From: an uncultured Actinomycetota bacterium
GTDB lineage: Bacteria; Actinomycetota; Thermoleophilia; Solirubrobacterales; Solirubrobacteraceae
Direction: 5' to 3'
Assembly (NCBI GenBank): GCA_963758705.1
Contig: CAVWWN010000023.1
Location: 542,050-606,049, forward strand
Length of the DNA: 64,000 nucleotides
Position 1 is the stretch's first letter; each line of letters opens with the position of its first letter. The translations under genes and the position numbers were made by a program. The notes under the pieces were generated by a model that saw only the letters and a program-made list of their open reading frames with translations, did not search any database and was not told where the DNA came from. Positions 19,515 to 35,455 of the stretch are shown piece after piece.

Positions 19515-20762
19515 ATGAACAACACACCTACAGACACAGAGCCCGTCCGCGAGCGCATCACCATGCTGGTGGAGAACAACCCCTATCCCCAGGACGTGCG
19601 TGTGCGCTCGGAGGCGCAGTCGCTGGCCAAGTCCGGGCACCACGTCACTGTCGTCGCGCCGCGTGACCGGGGCCAGTCGCGCCGCGAGACGGTCAACGGG
19701 GTCCGCGTGATCCGCTTCCGTCTCTACGACGGGAGCACCCGTGGAGCGCCTGGCTTCATCGTTGAGTACCTGATCGCCTTCATATCCCTCCATCTGGCCG
19801 CCACCCGCGCGCTGATCGAGGGGGCCACGGTCCTCCACATGCACAACCCGCCGGACATCTTCTTCCCCGCGGCGCTCCTCTACCGGCTGTGCGGGCGCAA
19901 GGTGATCTTCGATCACCACGACCTGTTCCCGGAGACGATCTCCGTCAAATTCGGCTCCGAGAGGACCGCCGCCGTGGCGCGCGTCTGCCAGAGGCTGACC
20001 TTCGCCTCGTCCAATCACGTGATCGCCACCAATGCCTCGTACGCGCAGGTCGCCCTGGACGCCGGCCGCAAGCCGGCTACGGCGGTGACGGTCGTACGCA
20101 ACGGCCCGCCCCCGGAGTGGTCGCGGATGCCGGCCAACAACCGGACGGGCGTCCTGGATGAGGTGCACCTGGTCTACCTTGGCGCGATCTCCTCGCAGGA
20201 CGGCGTCGACGGCCTCGTTCCGGTCATGGAGCGGCTGTGTGGCGGCGAGCTGCCCGGCGGCGCGCGACTGACGATCGTCGGCGACGGCGACGAACGGCCG
20301 CCGCTGGAGCAGGCGTTTGCCGCGCTCGGCCTGGGCGACCGGGTCACCTTCACCGGACGCGTCGCGGCCACGCGCGTCCCCGAACTGCTCCAGGGCGCCG
20401 ATATCTGCGTGGACACCGCGCCGGCCACTGACGTCAACGAGCGCTCGACGATGACCAAGATCGCCGAGTACATGGCGCTGGGCAAGCCGGTGGTGGCCTA
20501 CGACCTTCTGGAGACCCGGCGGACCGCCGGAGACACCGCCGTGCTCGCGCCGCGCGGGGACGCGGACGCCTTCGCGGACGCGATCGTTGCGCTGGCCCGG
20601 GATCCGGAGCGGCGTGAGCGGCTTGGCGAGCGAGCTCGTCTGCGCGCCTCGGCCCACCTGACGTGGGATCAGTCAGCGTTGAACCTTGCCGCCGCCTACG
20701 CCGCCCTGCGCAGCAACGGCGGATCGCCCGAGCTCGTCGCGGCCGGCAACGTCCAGGGCTGA
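19515..20762 (+). CDS. GT1/GT4-family glycosyltransferase
   Basis: Start set at the ATG at 19515 with GGAGG 9 nt upstream. The protein begins MNNTPTDTEPVRERITMLVENNPYPQDVRVRSEAQSLAKSGHHVTVVAP. The C-terminal half is GT-B-like (ERSTMTKIAEYMALGKPVVAYD). Confidence 0.85.
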   Translation: MNNTPTDTEPVRERITMLVENNPYPQDVRVRSEAQSLAKSGHHVTVVAPRDRGQSRRETVNGVRVIRFRLYDGSTRGAPGFIVEYLIAFISLHLAATRALIEGATVLHMHNPPDIFFPAALLYRLCGRKVIFDHHDLFPETISVKFGSERTAAVARVCQRLTFASSNHVIATNASYAQVALDAGRKPATAVTVVRNGPPPEWSRMPANNRTGVLDEVHLVYLGAISSQDGVDGLVPVMERLCGGELPGGARLTIVGDGDERPPLEQAFAALGLGDRVTFTGRVAATRVPELLQGADICVDTAPATDVNERSTMTKIAEYMALGKPVVAYDLLETRRTAGDTAVLAPRGDADAFADAIVALARDPERRERLGERARLRASAHLTWDQSALNLAAAYAALRSNGGSPELVAAGNVQG

Positions 20763-20777
20763 CGCCCCAACGCGCGC

Positions 20778-21848
20778 TCAGCAGAGCCCGACTTCGTTGC
20801 CCTCGCCCACGTTCAGGCGTAGGGCACGAGGCAGCGAGAAGTCACGGAACACGCGAGCGTTCCGGCCCACGACGCTCGCCGACAGACGGGTGCCGACGTG
20901 GGTGAGGGTGGCGCCGGCGCCGATGATCGAGCGCTCCACCTCGGCGCCCTCAATCCACGCCCCAGTACCGATCGACGTGTAGGGCCCGATGTAGGCGTCG
21001 CGGATCTGCGCCCCCGGCCCGACCACGATCGGGCCGATCAGGACGCTGTTGCACACCGACGCCGTCGCGTCGATCAAGACGCGCCCTTCGATCTGGTTGC
21101 CGTCTCCCGCCGCTCGGCCGAGGTCGCCGATGACCCCGTCGAGGACAATCTGGTTGAGCTCCAGAAGCTCGGTGGCGTCACCGCGGTAGGCGCGCCACAC
21201 CCGCGCCAGGCGGGCGCAGATGCGACCGTTCTGGGCGGCAATCCGGCGCGCCATCTCGGTGGGCAGCTCCGGCTCGGCCCGCGGGCCGGCGGCGACGTGG
21301 CGGAGCGTGCCGGGGCCGAACCCCCACACCCCGGCGACTCCGAGCGCCGAGCCCGACGCGTCGAGATCCTCGAGGTCGAGCATGCGGCGGGTCACCGGGC
21401 TCAGTTGCTGGTCGGGGGCCGGCGAGCGGTGCACGGTCACGACGGCGTCGGCGCCCTCGTAGAGCGCCTGAGCCATCGGCATCAGCGGCTCGGCCAGCAG
21501 CCCGCCGGCGACGTGGACGATGCACGGGTCGGTGTCGACCGCCGGGGCCGCGAGAGTGAGCGCCGATGAGAGCTCCAGCGGCGCCGGGCTCTCGACGAAT
21601 TCGAACTCCAGGTCCGAGCTCTCGTGCGGGGCCAGGCATTCGCGCACGGCGCCGGCGCTGCGCGTCGACGACGCGACCACCACGTTGCGTACGCCCACGG
21701 CCTCCAGCGCGTCAAGGACATGATGCGCGATCGGACGATTGGCGACGTGCTCGGCCGCCGGCACGCGGCCGGTCCAGGTGGACCGGCCGACGGTGGCGTC
21801 CTCGACGACCAAGACTCCCCGCAGATCCATATACGACAAACGGGGCAT
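20778..21848 (-). CDS. RmlA-like sugar nucleotidyltransferase homolog with a C-terminal left-handed beta-helix; P-loop degenerate
   Basis: About 356 aa. The hexapeptide-repeat C-terminus is IEGRVLIDATASVCNSVLIGPIVVGPGAQIRDAYIGPYTSIGTGAWIEGAEVERSIIGAGA. The N-terminus reads VLVVEDATVGRSTWTG where GGxGTRL is expected. The start could be the ATG at 21848 or at 21830. Confidence 0.65.
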   Translation of the reverse strand: MPRLSYMDLRGVLVVEDATVGRSTWTGRVPAAEHVANRPIAHHVLDALEAVGVRNVVVASSTRSAGAVRECLAPHESSDLEFEFVESPAPLELSSALTLAAPAVDTDPCIVHVAGGLLAEPLMPMAQALYEGADAVVTVHRSPAPDQQLSPVTRRMLDLEDLDASGSALGVAGVWGFGPGTLRHVAAGPRAEPELPTEMARRIAAQNGRICARLARVWRAYRGDATELLELNQIVLDGVIGDLGRAAGDGNQIEGRVLIDATASVCNSVLIGPIVVGPGAQIRDAYIGPYTSIGTGAWIEGAEVERSIIGAGATLTHVGTRLSASVVGRNARVFRDFSLPRALRLNVGEGNEVGLC

Positions 21849-22021
21849 GGGCCGTACTACTGACGCCGATCCGACACCCGATGTGACGTGAGGGTGGACG
21901 CTCGAGCGCAAGCCGAGAAACCGTCCGCTTGCGGGCGGACAAACCGTCCGCGCGAGTACCGGGCATGCCGAGCCGTTTTCTCAGACGTGGACAAGGATGC
22001 GCAACCAAGGAGTGTTCTCGC

Positions 22022-23281
22022 ATGACCGTCGGAGTGATCGGGCTCGGCTACGTCGGGCTGCCGCTAGCCGTTGCCTTTGCCGAAGCCGGCGAGGACGTCG
22101 TTGCCGTTGACCTGGACGAGCGCAAGATCGCGGCCATCGAGGCCGGCACGTCCTACATCGAGGACATCTCGTCCGAGCGCCTTCAGGCGGTCCTGCCCAA
22201 GATCGAGGCGTGGACGCACTTCGCGCCGCTCGCCCGCGCCGATGCGGTCTTCATCTGCGTACCCACGCCGCTGACGCCCAACCGAGAGCCCGACCTGGAG
22301 CCGCTCATCTCGGCCGGCCGGGCCCTGGGCCACGTGGTCCAGCGCGGCCAGCTCGTGGTGCTGGAGTCGACCACCTACCCCGGGACCACGCGCGAGCGCC
22401 TGCTCCCGCTCATCGAGCGCCGTGGCCTGAAGGCCGGCGACGGCCTGAACGTCGCGTTCTCACCGGAGCGCGTCGATCCCGGGCGCACCGACTTCACCAT
22501 GCGCAACACGCCCAAGGTCGTGGGCGGCATCACCGAGGAGTGCACGGAGCGCGCCGCCGAGATGTACTCGCGCATCTGCGATCGCGTCGTGCCGGTGTCG
22601 AGCCCCGAGGTCGCCGAGATGACCAAGCTGCTGGAGAACATCTTCCGCTCGGTCAACATCGCGCTCGTCAACGAGCTCTCGATGCTCTCTGACCGCATGG
22701 GCGTTGACATCTGGGAGGTCGTGGACGCGGCCTCGACCAAGCCGTACGGATTCATGCGCTTCGAGCCCGGTCCTGGCATGGGTGGCCACTGCCTCCCCGT
22801 CGACCCGTTCTACCTCACGTGGCGTGCCCGGGAGTTCCACATGTCGACGGAGTTCATCGAGCTCGCCGGCAAGATCAACCAGCAGATGCCCTACTACTGC
22901 GCCGAGCGGGTCGAGCATGCGCTCAACGACGCGCGCAAGTCCGTGAACGGGTCACGCGTCCTCATCCTCGGCGCCAGCTACAAGGGCGGCGTCGGCGACA
23001 TCCGTGAGTCACCCGCGCTGCGGATCATGGAGGTGCTGGGCGACCGGGGCGCAGTCATCGCCTACAACGACCCCTACGTGCCCGAACTGCGCAACCTGGG
23101 TCTGCGCAGCGTCTCGCTGGACAACATCGCCGGCTACGACGCCGTCGTGCTGGTCACGGCGCATCCGGGCATCGACTACGCCGCGGTGCTCGAGCAGTCC
23201 AACGTGCTCGTGGATCTGCGGGGGATCACCCGCAAGCTCCAGCAGTCCGAGCGCGAGCCGGCGCTCGTGGCGACCGCGTAA
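22022..23281 (+). CDS. Nucleotide-sugar dehydrogenase (UDP-glucose/GDP-mannose/UDP-ManNAc dehydrogenase family)
   Basis: Start at the ATG at 22022, with AAGGAG about 10 nt upstream. MTVGVIGLGYVGLPLAVAFA is a Rossmann motif. GPGMGGHCLPVDP holds the catalytic Cys. Intact. Confidence 0.9.
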   Translation: MTVGVIGLGYVGLPLAVAFAEAGEDVVAVDLDERKIAAIEAGTSYIEDISSERLQAVLPKIEAWTHFAPLARADAVFICVPTPLTPNREPDLEPLISAGRALGHVVQRGQLVVLESTTYPGTTRERLLPLIERRGLKAGDGLNVAFSPERVDPGRTDFTMRNTPKVVGGITEECTERAAEMYSRICDRVVPVSSPEVAEMTKLLENIFRSVNIALVNELSMLSDRMGVDIWEVVDAASTKPYGFMRFEPGPGMGGHCLPVDPFYLTWRAREFHMSTEFIELAGKINQQMPYYCAERVEHALNDARKSVNGSRVLILGASYKGGVGDIRESPALRIMEVLGDRGAVIAYNDPYVPELRNLGLRSVSLDNIAGYDAVVLVTAHPGIDYAAVLEQSNVLVDLRGITRKLQQSEREPALVATA

Positions 23282-23299
23282 GCGGGGCCCGCCTTTCCC

Positions 23300-23653
23300 T
23301 CAATTACGGTGTGCGTGCGCCCGGCCGTGTTGGTCGGGCAGCACGAACCCGTAGCCGATGCGCGCCTCGCCCGGCGGGACCGACAGCGTGCGCAGGTCGG
23401 TGAGCGCGTCGCGGAGAACTCCGATCCGGGTCTTGAACTCGGTGACCGCCGCTGCATCGGCCTCCGAGCCGCCCCGGGCGCGTGCCTGCACGCGTGACAG
23501 CTCCGCTTCGAGCCCGATGAGGGCGGCGAACCCCGCCTCGAGGGCACGCTCGACCTCGTGAGGATCGGTGCGCTGGGCCGCACGGATGCGCGTCGACATG
23601 CTGAGAAGCACGTCGAGCTCTGCGGTTCGCGGGTGGCCGAAATCGTCGGACAT
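23300..23653 (-). CDS. Hypothetical small helical protein
   Basis: 117 aa with high GC3 and an ATG start, directly downstream of the kinase gene. I recognise no motif. Confidence 0.45.
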   Translation of the reverse strand: MSDDFGHPRTAELDVLLSMSTRIRAAQRTDPHEVERALEAGFAALIGLEAELSRVQARARGGSEADAAAVTEFKTRIGVLRDALTDLRTLSVPPGEARIGYGFVLPDQHGRAHAHRN

Positions 23654-23756
23654 GGGGCGGCGTCATCGTCGCTCAATCGACCAGTATTCACAATGAGCCG
23701 GATGGACCGGCGATGCGTTCACCGCGGCAACACGTGGGATACATCCCGCGGCCTAC

Positions 23757-25193
23757 TTACTGCTTGCCGATGACCTCGATCTCCGCTCCGCCGGACTCAG
23801 GGGTGCGGGTGACCAGGCGCCCGCCGACGGACTTGGCGCGAGCGCGCATGGTGCGCATCCCCAGCCCGGTCCCGGCGGTGTCCTTGCCGGCGAGGCCGAA
23901 GCCGCAGCCATCGTCGGAGACCCGCAGGAGCAGATCGTCGCGGCGCGAGCCGAGCCGCACGGTGACGTTGCGCGCACCGCCGTGGCGGACGGCGTTCGCA
24001 ATCGCCTCGCGGGCGATGCGGACCAGCTCGGTCCGCTCGTGCTCGGTGCGCTCGTGCTCGGTGCGCTCGGTGCCGGCGGTGTCGTCCACCAGGACCTTGA
24101 CGTTGACCTTGAAGCGCGAGGAGAGCTCGCCGGCCACCGCGCGCAACGCGGCCTCGGTGCTCGACGCGTGCGAGGCCTCGAGGTCGACGATCTGGCCCCG
24201 GGACGCCGCCAGGGCGCGCGTGGCGGCGATCGCCAGCGGGTGGTCGGCGCCGAACTCCCGCGCCAGCCGCTCGGAGTGCGCCGCGATGAAGGCGAGATCC
24301 TGGGCGAGGCCGTCGTGGAGGTCACGGGCGATCCGCAGCCGCTCCGCACTCACCGCGTCGCGGGCGACCTGGACCTGGGAGCGGCGGTACATCCCGACCG
24401 CCGTGGCCAGCAGCAGCCCGTAGCCGGCGACGCGCAGGGCATCTGACGGCGTGACCCAGTCGGGAGGGGCGACGCCGAGGCCGAGCTTGCCCAGCTGTGC
24501 GCCGGCGATGCACATGGCCGCGGCAGCGAGCAGGCCGGCGGCGCGGTCCCCGTCACGGTGGCGCATGGCGAAGCCGAATGCGGAGACGATCAGGACGACG
24601 CAGCAGGTCACCGACACCGACGTGGCCAGCGGTGCGTAGGCACCCGCCGGGCCATGCTCGCGCACGGGGCCGGCGATGAGGTCGACGAGCTCGCCCAGGG
24701 CCACCCAGTAGAACGCGGCCGGGACGGCGATCGCGGCGAGGCGGCGGCCCGCCTGGACTTGGCGGTCGCCCGGCGCGAATGCCACCGCGAGGAAGATGCC
24801 GGCGATCAGGATCGTCAGCGCCATTCGGGCGCCGGCGCCGTAGATACCGGTCTGGTAGTGGTAGGCCGGCAGGGCGTTGAAGATGAAGTCCGTCAGGGCG
24901 ACGGTGGCGAGCGCCGCCAGCAGCAGCAGATCGCGCAGCAGTCGTGTCTGGCGGAAGTGGGCCAGCAGCAGCACGGCGCTGACCAGGGCCGATAGCGTGA
25001 TGCCGGTCTCGATCGCAGAGCGCAGAGCCGCATCCGTGGCGTGTAGCTGCCAAAGCTGTTCGGCCCCATATCCAACGAAACCCACCGTCGCGACCGCGCA
25101 CGCGGCAGCGACGACCCACAGGGCCAGCTTTGGCCGTTCGACGCTATATGAGCGCGCCCCCGCGCCCATGCGTCCGACCGCAATTCGAGTCAC
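23757..25193 (-). CDS. Sensor histidine kinase, NarL/DesK type (HisKA_3 + HATPase_c) with a polytopic N-terminal domain
   Basis: About 7 TM spans are followed by ERLRIARDLHDGLAQDLAF (H-box), REAIANAVRHGGA (N-box) and GTGLGMRTMRARA (G-box). No response regulator is adjacent. Confidence 0.85.
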   Translation of the reverse strand: MTRIAVGRMGAGARSYSVERPKLALWVVAAACAVATVGFVGYGAEQLWQLHATDAALRSAIETGITLSALVSAVLLLAHFRQTRLLRDLLLLAALATVALTDFIFNALPAYHYQTGIYGAGARMALTILIAGIFLAVAFAPGDRQVQAGRRLAAIAVPAAFYWVALGELVDLIAGPVREHGPAGAYAPLATSVSVTCCVVLIVSAFGFAMRHRDGDRAAGLLAAAAMCIAGAQLGKLGLGVAPPDWVTPSDALRVAGYGLLLATAVGMYRRSQVQVARDAVSAERLRIARDLHDGLAQDLAFIAAHSERLAREFGADHPLAIAATRALAASRGQIVDLEASHASSTEAALRAVAGELSSRFKVNVKVLVDDTAGTERTEHERTEHERTELVRIAREAIANAVRHGGARNVTVRLGSRRDDLLLRVSDDGCGFGLAGKDTAGTGLGMRTMRARAKSVGGRLVTRTPESGGAEIEVIGKQ

Positions 25194-25463
25194 TCAGTAA
25201 ACCCCCGGAGATGCTCAAAGGAAGGAATATTCAGTTGTGTCCAGAAGTTGGATCGTTTCCCCGTTCGAAACCAACCTCTACAAACTTTACCAAGTCAGCG
25301 GCGAACTTGGAAGAAATGCGGTACAACGCGCCGCGATCATCACGGGATGATCACCGGAGCGCCTCAGCGGGGTTACCGCGGGGCCTCGGCAGGGGATTGT
25401 GGCGGGCGGCGTGGCCTGGTGTCGGCATCGGCATAGGGCGGCGCCGCCTCCGCCGCGCCCGGA

Positions 25464-25856
25464 TCAGGGCAGGCGGCGGCGGTGGCCCCGCCGGCGATCC
25501 AGGGGCCGTAGGCGACCGCCCTGGTGCTCCCCAGGAGCGCCGGGATCGCGTGGCGGCCCCTCGGCCCGCTGCCCTTCGCCCCTCTGCCCGTCGGCCCGCT
25601 GCCCCTCGGCCCGCCCCGCGTCTCCCCGCTGCCCCTCGGCCCGCTCCCCCAGGTCCCGCTGCGCCGCGCGCTCGCGGTCCTCGGTGAGCCCGACCTCGTA
25701 GAAGATGAGGCTGACAACGCCCACGAGCCCGATCCCCACCAGCACCGTGGCCGCGGTCCCGCCGGCGGTGCCGGGGATGAGCGCCCCGCAGGCCACGCCC
25801 ACGAGCGCCACCGTGATGGAGGCGCCGTAGCGGAGGGTCCGGGTGCGACGGCTCAC
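25464..25856 (-). CDS. Small membrane protein with a repetitive Gly/Gln/Arg/Ala/Glu tail (hypothetical)
   Basis: 130 aa with two hydrophobic spans (ITVALVGVACGALIPG, VLVGIGLVGVVSLIFY). The tail reads RAEGQRGDAGRAEGQRADGQRGEGQRAEG and is encoded by imperfect tandem repeats. GTG start. Confidence 0.35.
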   Translation of the reverse strand: MSRRTRTLRYGASITVALVGVACGALIPGTAGGTAATVLVGIGLVGVVSLIFYEVGLTEDRERAAQRDLGERAEGQRGDAGRAEGQRADGQRGEGQRAEGPPRDPGAPGEHQGGRLRPLDRRRGHRRRLP

Positions 25857-26086
25857 GTGCTCAGACTCGCGTACGGGTCATAGGTGCCGAAGGACCTCAG
25901 GTTGCCCTCCGGGTCAAGCTGCGGCCTCGGGGGCTCCAACCAGCCGGCGAACTGCGCCCGCGAGTGCTGGTAGCCCAGCGGCTCGCGGTCCAACAGCAGT
26001 CCGGAGAGCCCGACATCCGGGGTGCGACGCGCTCGCGTCCAGTCACCGAGCTCGTGCTCGTAACTGGTGACGCGGGCGCGGAGCAC
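25853..26086 (-). CDS. Hypothetical 77-aa ORF 16 nt downstream of rpoC
   Basis: High GC3. The stop overlaps the start of the next ORF. No motif is recognised; it could be a fragment of a regulator N-terminus. Confidence 0.3.
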   Translation of the reverse strand: MLRARVTSYEHELGDWTRARRTPDVGLSGLLLDREPLGYQHSRAQFAGWLEPPRPQLDPEGNLRSFGTYDPYASLST

Positions 26087-26102
26087 CCCGGTGTCGGTCA
26101 GG

Positions 26103-30230
<4,128 letters not shown>

Positions 30231-30305
30231 AATGATTCCTTGGGGTTGAAATCTGTTCGGGGGGTACGGCGGTGAGGGACCCCGTGACGGGGTCCGCACC
30301 GGCCG

Positions 30306-33976
<3,671 letters not shown>

Positions 33977-34261
33977 GACGGCGACTCCTCGGGCGGTCGA
34001 GAGGGAGGAAACTGGGCGCAACCTGAGCTTTAACGGCTCAAGAAAGCGCGACCAGCAAAGATAGCACACGGCATCGGTGCCCTGTGAAGGACCGCTCAGC
34101 TCTCACGGACCCCGCCCTCGGCTGCCGCGTATGTGGCGCGGCACCGCATGGTTTGGGCGGCTACGACTATTGGCTGACCCGGCGCAGTGTAGGGGGTAAT
34201 CGCCGATGCGGCAAGCATGCCGGTCAGACGCCCAGCAGCTGGACCGGCCCACCGACACGAG

Positions 34262-34287
34262 AAGCGCCGGCGCGATGGCCGGCGCTT
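34262..34287 (-). terminator. Candidate hairpin terminator downstream of the FHA gene, upstream of rpoB
   Basis: 10-bp perfect stem aagcgccggc/gccggcgctt with a 6-nt loop. On the minus strand it is followed only by the weak tract UCUCGUGU. Confidence 0.35.
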
Positions 34288-34375
34288 TCAGGGGGTGAAT
34301 GAGGCCTATCTCCACGATGATGAGTCCATTGGACCGTCTCCTTGGTGGCCGTAGGCGGGTTCGGGGCGCTCTACG

Positions 34376-34844
34376 TCAGGCCGCCGGGGTCAGGCGGCTC
34401 GCGGGCTCGGCGCGCGCGCGGCGCGCCAGGGGGATGCGACGCAGCGGCTGGGCCTTGCGACGCGGGGTGATCTCGGTGAAGCGGAACACCGCGCGGCCGA
34501 AGCGCAGCACGTCGCCGTCGGTCAGGTGATGCGACGGTGACGCGGCGTCCGTTGACGAACGTGCCGTTGTAGCTGCGGTCGTCGAGGAGGCGCGCGCCGT
34601 CGCCGCGGACGGCGAGGATGGCGTGGCGGCGGGAGACCTGCGAGTCCTCGAGGCGCACGTCGGCGACGAGGCCGCGCCCGATGTGGGTGATCGGCCGCTC
34701 CAGCGCGATCAGCTTGGTCTCGCCGTCGTGCTCGAGGGACAGGTAGCGGCCGGCGGGAGCGCCGGCCGCGGGGATCAGGCGCTCGCGGGTGCGATTGTCC
34801 AGCAGGGCGTAGGGGTCGACGATGAACGGGAGGCTGGAGTCCAT
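34376..34844 (-). CDS. FHA-domain protein, 1 frameshift near the 3' end in this sequence
   Basis: The FHA core reads ITHIGRGLVADVRLEDSQVSRRHAILAVRGDGARLLDDRSYNGTFVNGRRV. After the break near 34532 the natural continuation HHLTDGDVLRFGRAVFRFTEI...LTPAA* lies in another frame, with its stop at 34376. Confidence 0.75.
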
Positions 34845-35064
34845 CCCGTCGGTGGGGGGATCGTGCCGGGCTGAGTCATGCGAGAGCCCGGTCGGGGAGC
34901 TGGGCTTGAATGGTCATGACCACAGATCACCATGGCCAGCGAACATCAAAGTCAGAGCCGCCGAAGAACTTCCGAAGCGCTCTTACACACGCACAACGCG
35001 CCCCGTGCGGGGCACGGAGCGCGCTGTGTGACGACTGGACTGCGCGCGGGGCGCGGAGGCGGGA

Positions 35065-35446
35065 CTACTTGAGGTCGACGGAGCCGCCGGCCTCCTCGAG
35101 GTCGGCCTTGAGCTTCTCGGCCTCGGCCTTGTCGATGCCCTCCTTGACGGGCTTGGGGGCCTCGTCCACGAGTGCCTTGGCCTCCTTGAGGCCCAGGCCG
35201 GTGGCGGCGCGGACGACCTTGATCACCTGGATCTTCTTGTCGCCGGCAGCGGTGAGGATGACGTCGAACGTCGACTGCTCCTCGACCTCCTCGGCGGCGC
35301 CGTCACCGCCGCCGCGCCGCGGGGGCCGCTGCGGCGACCGCCGTGGCGGAGACGCCGAACGTCTCCTCGAGCGCCTTGATGCGCTCGGAAAGCTCCAGCA
35401 CGGAGATCGTCTTGAGCTCCTCGATCCATTCCTCTGTCGTGGCCAT
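35065..35446 (-). CDS. rplL: 50S ribosomal protein L7/L12, 1 frameshift in the Ala/Gly hinge
   Basis: N-terminus [44 protein letters not shown]. After the break near 35318: [88 protein letters not shown] lies 9 nt upstream of the ATG. Confidence 0.9.
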
Positions 35447-35455
35447 GATTCCTCC

